Assembly: GCA_044866005.1 (NCBI GenBank)
Contig: JBIOTN010000223.1
Span: 2,354 to 66,353, forward strand
Length of the DNA stretch: 64,000 nucleotides
Reading direction: 5' to 3'
Origin: Candidatus Rokuibacteriota bacterium
Lineage (GTDB): Bacteria > Methylomirabilota > Methylomirabilia > Rokubacteriales > DASRDR01
Each line of letters begins with the position of its first letter. Position 1 is the first letter of the stretch. Both the position numbers and the translations under genes were made by a program. Below, one piece after another: positions 44,357 to 53,577 of this stretch. Under the pieces are notes generated by a model, which was not told the DNA's origin, did no database searches, and saw only the letters and a list, made by a program, of their open reading frames with translations.

Positions 44357-45106
44357 AACCCAGCCGCCCGCGAACGGGATCACCTGGCCGCAGAAAAATT
44401 CCGCTTCGTCGGAGGCCAGGTAAACAGCCAGTCGCGCCGACTCCTCGGAACGCGCCAGCCGGCCGGCCGGGACGTGCTTGACCACGCGAGCGAGCTTCTC
44501 CGGGTTCCCCACGATGTCCTGCCCGAAGTAGGTGGGGTTCTCCACGAAGTTCTGGGCGATGGCGTTGACCTGGATGCCGTGGCGGGCGACCTCACGGCCG
44601 ACCGCCTTGGTCAGGCCGTTCGTCGCGGCGCGGGCGGCGGAGTACGCGGCGTAGTTCGGGAGGCCCGAGAGCGCGACGGCGGAGGTGAAGTTGATGATCT
44701 TGCCGCGGCCCTGCCGCCGCATCGCGCGGAGCGCGGCCCGCATGCAGAAGAACGGCTCGTCCACGAGCGCGGCAGTCAGCGAGCGCCAGGCCTCGTCCGA
44801 GGTCTCCTCGAACGGTCCGCCAAGCGGGGTGTGGCTGGAGTTGTTCAGGAGGACGTCCAGCCGGCCGAACCGCTCGACCACGGCGCGCACCACCCGCGCC
44901 GCTTCCGCCGAGCGGGTGAGATCGCCGGCCACGATCATCGCCTCGCGCCCGTAGGCCATCGTCACCTCGAGCGCCGGCTTCGCCCGCGCCTCCGCGCGGT
45001 CGTGGAGGGCGAGGATCGCCCCCTCTTTGGCGAACTCCTCCGCGCAGGCCGGCCCCATGAACTGGCTCACGTTCGTGATGAGGGTGACTTTGCCGGTGAG
45101 CTTCAT
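44354..45106 (-). CDS. SDR-family oxidoreductase (short-chain dehydrogenase/reductase)
   Basis: TGKVTLITNVSQFMGPACAEEFAKEGA (degenerate TGxxxGxG) and YAAYSAARAATNGLTK (YxxxK catalytic motif). Confidence 0.8.
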   Translation of the reverse strand: MKLTGKVTLITNVSQFMGPACAEEFAKEGAILALHDRAEARAKPALEVTMAYGREAMIVAGDLTRSAEAARVVRAVVERFGRLDVLLNNSSHTPLGGPFEETSDEAWRSLTAALVDEPFFCMRAALRAMRRQGRGKIINFTSAVALSGLPNYAAYSAARAATNGLTKAVGREVARHGIQVNAIAQNFVENPTYFGQDIVGNPEKLARVVKHVPAGRLARSEESARLAVYLASDEAEFFCGQVIPFAGGWV

Positions 45107-45267
45107 CGGGCGTATCGTACCGGCAAAGCCGGCCGCGTCGCAATCGGCGCCCGGCCGGAGAGCGAACGCGCGAGCGGCGCCTGCACCTATAATGGCCGCG
45201 ATGGCTGCGTGCAGCGGAGTCGGGGGAGGGGGGCTCCGCCCCCTCTGAAGAACAAGGGAGGGTACGC

Positions 45268-45705
45268 ATGGACTGGCTCCTCATCAGTTACCCGTCCTGG
45301 TCGACTTTGGTCATCCGCGTCGTGCTGGGCATCATCTTCTTCGCGCACGGCGCGCAGAAGGTCCTCGGATGGTTCGGCGGCCACGGCCTCAAGGGCACGA
45401 CCCAGTCTTTCACTTCCATGGGTCTGCCCCTCGCCGTCGCCTACCTCGTCTGCTTCTTCGAATTCCTCGGCGGGATCGGCCTCGTCCTCGGCTTGCTGAG
45501 CCGGCTGGCCGCGCTGGCGATCATCGTCGTGATGGTCGGCGCGATCGTGAAGGTCCACGCCCAGCACGGCTTTTTCCTCAACTGGTCGCTCACGCCGGGG
45601 AAAGGGCACGGATACGAGGCGAACCTCGCCTTTATCGCGATGGGGCTCGCCGTGCTGATCGCCGGCGGCGGCGCCCTCTCCCTCGACCGCCTGATTCTTC
45701 GCTAG
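45268..45705 (+). CDS. DoxX-family membrane protein
   Basis: ATG preceded by AAGGGAGGG. Four TM helices: RVVLGIIFFAHGAQKVLGWFGGHG...FEFLGGIGLVLGLLSRLAAL. Confidence 0.75.
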   Translation: MDWLLISYPSWSTLVIRVVLGIIFFAHGAQKVLGWFGGHGLKGTTQSFTSMGLPLAVAYLVCFFEFLGGIGLVLGLLSRLAALAIIVVMVGAIVKVHAQHGFFLNWSLTPGKGHGYEANLAFIAMGLAVLIAGGGALSLDRLILR

Positions 45706-45767
45706 CGAGGCGGAGGGGTCAACTCTTCCGGCCCTGAGGGAAGAGCGTCGAGCCCTCGGACCCCGGC

Positions 45768-45848
45768 CGGCAGCCGTCCGAGCGGCGGCTTTGCCGCCGC
45801 AACGAGGGGGGGGAATCGGGGGGGTCTTCCGAGACCCCCCCGAAGAAC
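45768..45848. repeat. family A repeat copy (CCGAGCGGCGGCTTTGCCGCCGCAACGAGGGGGGGGAATCGGGGGGGTCTTCCGAGACCCCCCCGAAG)
   Basis: Two consecutive hairpins; identical module order to the 55441-55511 copy. Confidence 0.8.
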
Positions 45849-48461
45849 TCAGCGCGGGGAGGGCTCGGTCGGGCGGCCGAAGAGGTCGAAGAAGCGGCGG
45901 AAGAGCGTGTCGATGACCTGGCCCGGCCCGTGCTCCGAGCAGGCCTCGCGCGGCTCGGTCGAGGCCAGGAACGCCTCGCGGAACACGACGGGACACCACC
46001 GGCCCGCCAGCTTGCCGTTCGTCGGGTCCACGTCGCGGAACGTCACCGTCGGCGGGACGACGAACGCTCCGCTCGGGAGCACGGCCGTCGCGGTGCGCAT
46101 GAAGTCGGCCCAGATCGGCAGGGCGGCCTGGCTGCCCGAGAGCCGCAAGACCTCGCGCTGGTCGAAGCCCACCCAGACCAGCGTGACGAGACGCGGCGTG
46201 TAGCCGATGAACCAGGCGTCGCGCCCGTCGTTCGTCGTTCCCGTCTTGCCGGCCACGGGCCCCTCGACGCCGAGGGCGCGCGCCGCCGTCCCGGTCCCGC
46301 GATCCACGACGCCGCGTAGCAGGTAGGTCACCAGGAACGCCTCGTCCGCCCGGATCACCGGGGTCACCGACGGGGCGCTCTCGTCGACCACCATCCCCTC
46401 GCGGTCCACCACCGCCCGGATGGCCGTCGGCGCGGTCCGTCGGCCGGCGTTCGCCAGGGTGGCGTACGCCGTGGCCAGCTCGAGCGGGGTGACTTCGAAG
46501 CTGCCGAGGCTCAACGCCGGCACGGGTTGGAGCGGGCTCGTGAAGCCGACCTGCCGCGCCGCCCGGATCACCGCGTCGAGCCCCACCTGGTCGGCGATGC
46601 GCACGGTCGCCGCGTTCAGCGACTGCTCGAGCGCCCGTCGCACGGTCACCGTGCCCTCGAAGCGGTCCTCGTAGTTCCGGGGCGTCCACTCGTCCCGCCC
46701 GTTCCGCAGCGTCACCGGCTCGTCCTTCACGAAGGACACGGGCGTGATGCGGGGCGGCTCGCCGTGGTCGCCGAAGCGGAGGGCGGCGAGGTAGACGAAC
46801 GGCTTGAACGCCGAGCCCGGCTGGCGCCGCGCGTGCGTGGCGCGGTTGAACTGGCTCGCCGCGTAGTCTCGACCGCCGATCATGGCGCGGATCTCGCCGG
46901 TGGTCGGATCGAGCGCGATCAGCGCGGCCTGGAGACGTCGCGCGGCGTCGCGGCGACGCAGGTGCGGGTAGCGACCCTCGAGCCGGTCGAGGCCGCGCGT
47001 CACGGCGGCCTCCGCCGCCCGCTGGAGCACGGGGTCGAGGCTCGTGTAGATGCGCAGGCCGCCGCCGGCCTGGAGGCCGTTGTCCGTCTGCGGCTGCTCG
47101 ATCTGGGTCCGCACGTGGTCGAGGAAGTAGGGGCCGAGGAGGCGCGGCGCCGCGCTGCCCCTGGCACGCACCCGCTCCTGGGCCGCCTTCGCCCGCGCGG
47201 CCTCGTCGATGAGCCCGAGCTCGCGCATCCGGAAGAGGACGGCATCGCGCCGCTCGCGCGCGCGATCGGGGTTCTGCAAGGGCGAGTGGCTGTTCGGCGC
47301 GCGGATCATCCCGGCGATGAGCGCCCCCTCGGCCAGCGTGAGCCGCTCGACGTCCTTGCCGAAGTAGCTCCGCGCGGCGGCGCCGACGCCGTAGACGGAC
47401 GCGGTGCCGTACTGGCCGAGGTAGACCGCGTTGAGGTAGGTCTCCAGGATCTCGGCCTTCGAGTACCGCCACTCGAGCATCACGGCGAGCGCGCCCTCGC
47501 GGAGCTTCCGGTCCCAGGTGCGCTTCGGCGTCAGCAGGAGGTTCTTGACGAGCTGCTGCGTGAGCGTGCTGCCGCCTTGGGTGACCTCGCCCCGCCGGAA
47601 GTTCACCCAGAGGGCCCGGAGGACGGCCTTGGCATCCACGCCCCCGTGCTCGTGGAAGCGATGGTCCTCGGCTGCCAGGATCGCGGCGGTCACGTGGCCC
47701 GGGACCTGGCTGAGCCGCACGGGGCGGCGCAGCTGGCCGATCGTGTCCGAGAGCCCGCTCACGATCTCGGGCTCGAGCTCGATCCCGTCGAGGCTCCCGC
47801 CGTCGGCGGGATCGACGACGGCCGAGACTCGACCGTCGTCCATGACCAGCCGGACGCGGAGCGGCGGCCGCTGGGCCCGCGGGTCGTCGCGCGGGTGAAG
47901 GAAGATCTCCCAGGCATTGTCCGCCCGCCGGAACTCCCCGGCGGCGCGCGGCGCGGCGCCGACCTCCTGGTAGCGGAGACGCTTGAGCGTCGTGGCCAGG
48001 TCCGTCGTCTCCACGGACAGTCCCGCCGTCAGGAGCTGCCCGGCCGCGTAGATGTAGGACGCTTCCTGGGCGCGGCCGAGGTCGAGACGCGAGACGGTCT
48101 GCCAGGTCCAGCCGGCGAAGACGGCGAGCGGGGTGACGATCAGGAGGACCAGGCCGAGCGCGACCCAGCGCCGGCGCCGCCAGACGGCGCCGCCGGCGCG
48201 GCGGAGCTGTCGGCCCCCGTGGTGGACGCCCCGGCCGACGTGGCGGCCGCCGGTGGCGAGCGCGCGCCGAGCGCCCGCGAGCAGGCGGCCGGCCCGGGCG
48301 CGGCGCTCCGCCCACCGGCCGCGGTCCGGTTCCGGCGCTGGCAGGCTCGAAGGCGTGGGTGCCCGGGGCGGCCCGGAGCTGTCGGCGTCTGGGGTATCCA
48401 GCGTCAGCTCGTGTCCTGGCGGCGCCGGTCCCGCCGGGCCCGGTCTTCCGTTTCGGGCCAC
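45849..48461 (-). CDS. mrcA: bifunctional penicillin-binding protein 1A-type (glycosyltransferase GT51 + transpeptidase)
   Basis: GT51 motifs: AILAAEDHRFHEHGGVD, GGSTLTQQLVKNL, RKLREGALAVMLE, YLNAVYLGQ. TPase motifs: SAFKPFVY (SxxK), SLN, KTGTT. N-terminal Arg-rich cytoplasmic tail plus TM. Confidence 0.85.
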   Translation of the reverse strand: MARNGRPGPAGPAPPGHELTLDTPDADSSGPPRAPTPSSLPAPEPDRGRWAERRARAGRLLAGARRALATGGRHVGRGVHHGGRQLRRAGGAVWRRRRWVALGLVLLIVTPLAVFAGWTWQTVSRLDLGRAQEASYIYAAGQLLTAGLSVETTDLATTLKRLRYQEVGAAPRAAGEFRRADNAWEIFLHPRDDPRAQRPPLRVRLVMDDGRVSAVVDPADGGSLDGIELEPEIVSGLSDTIGQLRRPVRLSQVPGHVTAAILAAEDHRFHEHGGVDAKAVLRALWVNFRRGEVTQGGSTLTQQLVKNLLLTPKRTWDRKLREGALAVMLEWRYSKAEILETYLNAVYLGQYGTASVYGVGAAARSYFGKDVERLTLAEGALIAGMIRAPNSHSPLQNPDRARERRDAVLFRMRELGLIDEAARAKAAQERVRARGSAAPRLLGPYFLDHVRTQIEQPQTDNGLQAGGGLRIYTSLDPVLQRAAEAAVTRGLDRLEGRYPHLRRRDAARRLQAALIALDPTTGEIRAMIGGRDYAASQFNRATHARRQPGSAFKPFVYLAALRFGDHGEPPRITPVSFVKDEPVTLRNGRDEWTPRNYEDRFEGTVTVRRALEQSLNAATVRIADQVGLDAVIRAARQVGFTSPLQPVPALSLGSFEVTPLELATAYATLANAGRRTAPTAIRAVVDREGMVVDESAPSVTPVIRADEAFLVTYLLRGVVDRGTGTAARALGVEGPVAGKTGTTNDGRDAWFIGYTPRLVTLVWVGFDQREVLRLSGSQAALPIWADFMRTATAVLPSGAFVVPPTVTFRDVDPTNGKLAGRWCPVVFREAFLASTEPREACSEHGPGQVIDTLFRRFFDLFGRPTEPSPR

Positions 48462-48495
48462 CGACCCGCCTCCAGGTCCAGTATACCGTGGCGGC

Positions 48496-49635
48496 TCACC
48501 GGCCCCGGTACGTGATGCGGTAGACGACCCCTTGATGGTCGTCCGAGACGAACAGGCTGCCGTCGGGGGCGACGGCCACGTCTACGGGCCGGCCCCACGC
48601 GCGCTGGCCGTCGAGCCAGCCGGTGACGAAGTCCTCGGCCCGGGGAGTGTCGCCGTCGAGGCGCACGCGGATCAGCTTGGCCCCGGTCGGGATGGTCCGA
48701 TTCCAGGAGCCGTGCAGCGCGACGAAGAGGGCCCCGCGGTACTCGGCGGGGAACTGGCTGCCGGTGTAGAAGGCGAGCCCGAGCGGCGCGGCGTGGGCCT
48801 GGTAGAGGAAGGTCGGCCGGCTCATCGCGCGACAGCGCGCGGGCTCGCCCAGGTCCGGGTCGGGGACCGGCCCGCCGGGCTCCCAGACGCAGTAGGGCCA
48901 GCCGTAGAATCCGTCGGCCTCGACGCGGGTCACGTACTCCGGGGGGCGGTCCTCCCCGAGCCAGTCGCGCCCGTTGACGGTCGCCCAGAGCTCGCCGGTG
49001 CCGGGCCGGAAGGCCAGGCCGACCGCGTTGCGGAGCCCGGTCGCGAAGCGTGTCCCGCCGCTGCCGTCGAGGTCGTAGCGGAGGATGGCCGCGCGCCGCG
49101 GGTCGCGTTCCTCGCACACGTTGCAGGACGACCCCACCGCCACGTAGAGGCGGCGGTCGGGTCCGACGGCGAGCGTCCGCGTCCAGTGGGCGCCTCGCGC
49201 CGGCAGGTCCGGCACGACCACCTCCGGCGCGCCCAGGGCCCGGCGCCCTGCCGGATCGTAGCGCAGGCGCAGGACGCGCCCCGTCTCCGCGACGTAGAGC
49301 TGATCGCCATCGAAGGCGAGCCCGTGCGGCAGCTCGAGCCCTTCGATCACGGTGACAGCCCGGTCGGCCCGGCCGTCGCCGTCGTCGTCGGGGAGCGCCA
49401 GGACGCGCCCCGCGCGCGGGACGGAGACGAGGAGCGTGCCCCGCGGGTCGAGCGCCAGGAGGCGCGCGTGCCCGAGGTCCCGGGCGAAGAGCCCGATGGC
49501 GAAGCCGGCGGGCAGGCGAAGGCGCGCCTGGTCGGCGGGCGGGGCGGGCGTGGGGAGGCTCGTGCAACCGGCCGCGACGAGGACGAGGAGGAGACGGCGG
49601 AGGCGGCGCCCCCAGGGCGCCGCGGGGCCCGGCAC
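48496..49635 (-). CDS. PQQ-dependent sugar dehydrogenase family protein (glucose/sorbosone dehydrogenase-type beta-propeller), lipoprotein
   Basis: GTG 49633-49635 lies 6 nt after the upstream gene stop. Lipobox LVAAGC. SGDH motifs: GLELPHGLAFDG, GSSCNVCEE, GLRNAVGLAF, ADGFYGWPYC, GSLFVSDDHQGVVYRITY. Confidence 0.7.
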   Translation of the reverse strand: MPGPAAPWGRRLRRLLLVLVAAGCTSLPTPAPPADQARLRLPAGFAIGLFARDLGHARLLALDPRGTLLVSVPRAGRVLALPDDDGDGRADRAVTVIEGLELPHGLAFDGDQLYVAETGRVLRLRYDPAGRRALGAPEVVVPDLPARGAHWTRTLAVGPDRRLYVAVGSSCNVCEERDPRRAAILRYDLDGSGGTRFATGLRNAVGLAFRPGTGELWATVNGRDWLGEDRPPEYVTRVEADGFYGWPYCVWEPGGPVPDPDLGEPARCRAMSRPTFLYQAHAAPLGLAFYTGSQFPAEYRGALFVALHGSWNRTIPTGAKLIRVRLDGDTPRAEDFVTGWLDGQRAWGRPVDVAVAPDGSLFVSDDHQGVVYRITYRGR

Positions 49636-49640
49636 GGACG

Positions 49641-50405
49641 TCAGGGGGCCCGGCCGTCCTCCGAGACGCCCACGATGACGTAGGTGCCGCTCCGCTCGTC
49701 GCGCTTGAGACTCACGACCTTGTGCTTCACCGCGTCCTCGAGGAGCTTCGAGAAGGTCGAGTAGCCGTAGTAGGACTCGTTGAAGGCCGGGTTCTTCCGG
49801 ATCATCGTCTGCTTGACCATCGAGCCCCAGAGGACCTCCTTGTTCTCCCGCTGGAGGGCCTGCACGGCGTCGATGAGCTGGGCGAAGACCTCCGACTTCT
49901 TCTCCGGCAGGCCCTTGAGCAGCGTGCCCTTTTTCGCCTCGCGCGTGAGGTCCTCGTAGAAGATGAACTCGTCGCAATTCGCGACGAGGAGCTCCGAGGA
50001 GGAGTTCTTCACGCCGAGCCCGATCACGTACTTGTCGTTCTCGCGGAGCTTCGAGACGAGCGGGGAGAAGTCCGAGTCGCCGGACACGATGGCGAAGGTG
50101 TCGATGTGCTCGTTCTTCTGCGTGAGGTCCATGGCGTCGACGACCATGCGAATGTCCGCCGAGTTCTTCCCGCTGTAGCGGCTCTGCGGGATGTCGATCA
50201 GCTCGATGGCGGCCTCGTGGAACGGCCGCTTGTACTCGGTGTAGCGGTTCCAGTCCGCGTAGGCCCGCTTCACCATGATCTTGCCCTTCTCCACCAGCCG
50301 CTCGAGCACGAGCTTGATCTCGAAGCCCTTGTACTGGGCGTCCTTGATGCCGCGGGCGATGTTCTCGAAATCGATGAAGAGGGCGAGCTTGCGTTCTTCG
50401 TTCAT
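49641..50405 (-). CDS. NYN-domain (LabA-like, PIN-fold) protein with C-terminal OST-HTH/LOTUS domain
   Basis: Start at ATG 50403-50405 (MNEERKLALFIDFENIARGIKDAQ...). NYN core: VKRAYADWNRY...AIVSGDSDFSPLVSKLRENDKYVIGLG. C-terminal OST-HTH: FAQLIDAVQALQRENKEVLWGSMVKQTMIRK...YGYSTFSKLLEDA. Confidence 0.7.
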   Translation of the reverse strand: MNEERKLALFIDFENIARGIKDAQYKGFEIKLVLERLVEKGKIMVKRAYADWNRYTEYKRPFHEAAIELIDIPQSRYSGKNSADIRMVVDAMDLTQKNEHIDTFAIVSGDSDFSPLVSKLRENDKYVIGLGVKNSSSELLVANCDEFIFYEDLTREAKKGTLLKGLPEKKSEVFAQLIDAVQALQRENKEVLWGSMVKQTMIRKNPAFNESYYGYSTFSKLLEDAVKHKVVSLKRDERSGTYVIVGVSEDGRAP

Positions 50406-50690
50406 GGGGCGGTTCCTCTGCCGGCTCCGGTCACGGCACGGGCGGCTCGCGACGGCGGCGGGTTCGCGGGTCGGCCGGAACGGCGCGGGGATCCGTGCTC
50501 CGGGCTCGATCGGCCCACGCTGGTAGGGTCGGTCATACCTTCGGCGCTCATTATACGCCGTCGCCGCGGCGCGCCCAACAGGAAGTCGGACGGCGCCTTG
50601 ACGCCCCGGCCGGGTTTGGCGTAGCGTCGGAACGCTCTGGACCTCGTCGATTCGATCCGCGTTCGGCCTGCGAGCCAGGAGGATCACGCC

Positions 50691-51188
50691 ATGCACCGTT
50701 TCTCGTTCCGCGCCATCCGCTCATGCGTCGCCATCGCCGTGCTCGTCCTCGGTGCAGCGGCGCTCTGGCAGGCCACCGCGTCGGCCGGCAAGGACGACGC
50801 GGAGGTGCGCGCCCTGGTCCCCCGGATCGTCGCGGCGTGGGAGACGCTCACCATCACGAAGGTCGATCCCTACTACGCCACCGATGCCGACCTGGCCTTT
50901 TTCGACATCGCGCCGCTGAAATACGCCAACTGGGCGGAATACCGCGCGGGCGTCCAGAAGATGTTCTTCGAGCCCAACCGGAGCCTCAAGTTCAAGCTCA
51001 ACGACGACCTGCGCGTGCGCGGCCAGGGCACCGTGGCCTGGGTGACGTTCACCTTCGGCGCGGACGTCGTCGCCAAGCAGGGCGCCGCGTCGCATCTGGA
51101 CGGCCGGTGGACGATGGTCCTCGAGAAGCGCCAGCGGGGGTGGATCGTGGTGCACGAGCACGTTTCGGTCCCGCTGGCCGGCGGCTGA
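50691..51188 (+). CDS. NTF2-like (SnoaL/DUF4440-type) secreted protein
   Basis: ATG preceded by AGGAGGA. Signal peptide. IVAAWETLTITKVDPYYATDADLAFFD...VRGQGTVAWVTFTF...DGRWTMVLEKRQRGWIVVHEHVS is the typical NTF2-like cone pattern. Confidence 0.55.
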   Translation: MHRFSFRAIRSCVAIAVLVLGAAALWQATASAGKDDAEVRALVPRIVAAWETLTITKVDPYYATDADLAFFDIAPLKYANWAEYRAGVQKMFFEPNRSLKFKLNDDLRVRGQGTVAWVTFTFGADVVAKQGAASHLDGRWTMVLEKRQRGWIVVHEHVSVPLAGG

Positions 51189-51193
51189 GACCG

Positions 51194-51805
51194 ATGCCCT
51201 CCACGCCCGCCGTGGCCGCGGCGGATCCGGTCGCCGAGCTCGTGGCCGACCGCGAGCGCGCCCGCGCGGCGGGCGATCCGTTCACCGACCTCTGCGTGCT
51301 GGCGACCGCGGACGGGGCGGGCGCCGCGGCGGTGCGGACGCTCGTCCTCCGCGACGTCGGCCCCGACGGCGTGGGCCTTCTGGTGAGCGCCCGGAGCCCG
51401 AAGTGGGCGCCGCTCGAGGCGGGCCGCTACGAGTGCCTGCTCGTGTGGCTGGCGATTCGGCGCCAGTACCGGATCCGCGGTCGGCTGGCCGCGATGGCGG
51501 ATGCGCGGCTCGAGGGGTACTGGCGCCAGAAAGTGTACGAGTCGCGGCTCCTCGACCTCTACTACGAGGCCGTTCAGCCTCAGAGCAGTCCGATCGCCTC
51601 GCGCGACGCGTTCCTCGGGGGCATCGGTCGCCTTCGCCAGCGCTACCCGGCCGCCGACCTCGTCCCGCGGCCTGCGGCGTTGCGTGGCGTCTACCTGGTC
51701 CCGGACCGCGTCGAGGTCTGGCGCGGCTCGCCCGACCGCCTGCACGACCGTCGCCTCTACCATCGGGCCGCCTCCGGCTGGCGCGAGGAGGTCCTGGTTC
51801 CGTAG
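51194..51805 (+). CDS. pyridoxamine 5'-phosphate oxidase family protein (PdxH-like FMN-binding split barrel)
   Basis: ATG 51194. VRTLVLRDVGPDGVGLLVSARSPKWAPLEAGRYECLLVWLAIRRQYRIRGRL...YWRQKVYESRL, compared with the PdxH pattern RvVlLkgvd..G.vFfTny.S.Kg.el..NP.a.l.F.W..l.RQvRveG. Confidence 0.6.
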   Translation: MPSTPAVAAADPVAELVADRERARAAGDPFTDLCVLATADGAGAAAVRTLVLRDVGPDGVGLLVSARSPKWAPLEAGRYECLLVWLAIRRQYRIRGRLAAMADARLEGYWRQKVYESRLLDLYYEAVQPQSSPIASRDAFLGGIGRLRQRYPAADLVPRPAALRGVYLVPDRVEVWRGSPDRLHDRRLYHRAASGWREEVLVP

Positions 51806-51896
51806 GCGCCCATTGACACGCGGTCGACAATGAGGGAAGGGAGCGCCCGACGGGGCGCCGCGCGGATCCCTCACGAGCGGCGCGGAGAGGGCCCAC

Positions 51897-52529
51897 ATGA
51901 AGATCGCGATCATCGGCGCCGGCAACGTCGGCGGCACGCTGGGCACGGCGTGGGCGGCGAAGGGGCACGACGTCGTCTTCGGCGTGCGGGACCCGCGGGA
52001 TACCCGGGTGCAGGCGCTGGTCAAGGCCGCGGGCGACCGGGCACGCGCGGCGAGCGTGCAGGAGGCCGCGGCCGCGTGCGACCTCGTCGTGCTGGCCACG
52101 CCGTGGGACGCCACCCAGGACGCCATCAAGTCGGCGGGGCCCCTGGCCGGCAAGATCCTCGTCGACGCGACCAACCCGCTCGAGCCGGATCTGTCCGGGC
52201 TCGCCCTCGGCCACCACACCTCGGCCGGGGAAGAGGTCGCGCGCCGGGCGCCGGGGGCGAAGGTGGTGAAGGCGTTCAACACGATCGGCGCGCAGCACAT
52301 GGCCAACCCGCGATTCGGGAGCCAGCGCGCGAGCCTGTTCCTCTGCGGGGACGATGCCGGCGCGAAGAAGACCGTGGCCGGGCTGGCGGAGGCGCTCGGG
52401 TTCGAGGCCGTCGACGCGGGCCCCCTCGCCCAGGCGCGGCTGCTCGAGCCCCTGGCGATGCTCTGGATCTCCCTGGCCTACGCCCAGGGGCAGGGGACCG
52501 ACATCGCCTTCAAGCTGCTGCGGAAATAG
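51897..52529 (+). CDS. NADPH-dependent F420 reductase-like / NAD(P)-binding oxidoreductase (Npd family)
   Basis: MKIAIIGAGNVGGTLGTAWAAKGHDVVFGVRDP Rossmann motif and ...DATNPLEP...KAFNTIGAQHMANP, typical of the Npd/F420-dependent NADP oxidoreductase family. Confidence 0.7.
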   Translation: MKIAIIGAGNVGGTLGTAWAAKGHDVVFGVRDPRDTRVQALVKAAGDRARAASVQEAAAACDLVVLATPWDATQDAIKSAGPLAGKILVDATNPLEPDLSGLALGHHTSAGEEVARRAPGAKVVKAFNTIGAQHMANPRFGSQRASLFLCGDDAGAKKTVAGLAEALGFEAVDAGPLAQARLLEPLAMLWISLAYAQGQGTDIAFKLLRK

Positions 52530-52541
52530 CGAGGGAGGACG

Positions 52542-53546
52542 ATGAGCGACTCGACGACGAACGGCGCGCAGCGGATCACGCCGCCGGCCCTCGACGCCGC
52601 CCTCCGGCGCGGCGAGCGCCTGGCCGTCCTCGACGTCCGCCGGCGCGAGGCGTGGACCTCGGATCCCGCGCGGATTCCCGGCGCGATCTGGCTCCCGCTC
52701 GAAGAGGTCCCGCAGCGGGCGCGCGAGCTGCCGGCCGACGCTCACCTGGTCGTCTACTGCTCCTGACCCGGCGAAGCGACCAGTGCCCGGGTGGCACGGT
52801 GGCTGTCGGGGCAGGGGTTCCCCCGCGTCTCCGTCCTGAAGGGCGGTCTCGCCGGGTGGCGTGACGCGGGGTTCGCCGTGGACCGGCTCGAGGGCGAGCC
52901 GCCGGCGCTCGGCGAGCCGGGAGACGGCCGCGGTCGGCTCGAGCACGGCCGGGCGTCGTTCCTGCCCAGCCTGGCCGACCGGTACCTCCTCGACGGGGCG
53001 CTCCCCAGCCGACGCCGCCTGACCACGCTCTTCGTCGACATCGCCGGCTCGACGCGGCTTCTCGCCCACTATCCGCCCGAGAAGGTCCTCGGCGTCGTCC
53101 AGCGCTTCATGCGGCTCGTCACGGACGTCGCCATCGCCTACTGCGGCGACGTGAAAGACTTCGAGGGCGACGGCGCGCTGCTCTACTTCGAGTCCACGGC
53201 GGAGGCCGCGGCGGCGGCGTTCGCGATCCGCGGGGCCCTCGCCACCGGGAGCTGTGACACCCAGCACCCCGTCACGGCCCGCATGAGCCTGACGACGGGC
53301 GAGGTCGTCGTGGGGATCGTGGGCTCGACGATGCGCCAGGCGATCACGCTCATCGGCCCGAGCGTCAGCATCGGCGCCCGGCTGCTCAAGCAGGTCGACC
53401 CCGGGGGGATCATCGCGAGCGGCGAGGTCGTGGAGGCGCTCCGCTCCGAAGCGTCGGCGCTCGCCGCGGAGTTCCGGCTCCTCGACCCCGCCTTCGAGGT
53501 GCAAGGCGGCGACGGCATCACCGTGGCGAGCTACGTCACGGCCTGA
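52542..53546 (+). CDS. rhodanese domain - class III adenylate/guanylate cyclase fusion, interrupted by in-frame TGA at 52764-52766 (possible selenocysteine, pseudogene, or sequencing error)
   Basis: Own translation: ...LAVLDVRRREAWTSDPARIPGAIWLPLEEVPQRARELPADAHLVVYCS-TGA-PGEATSARVARWLSGQGFPRVSVLKGGLAGWRDAGFAV... The rhodanese fold continues in the same frame across the TGA. The CHD domain follows: TLFVDIAGSTRLL, CGDVKDFEGDGALLYFES, RMSLTTGEVVVGIVGS, GPSVSIGARLL...GIIASGEVVEAL. The ORF track splits it into 52542-52766 and 52791-53546. Confidence 0.6.
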
Positions 53547-53577
53547 CCCCGGCGGCGTCGCGGCGGCGGGTCACTGG

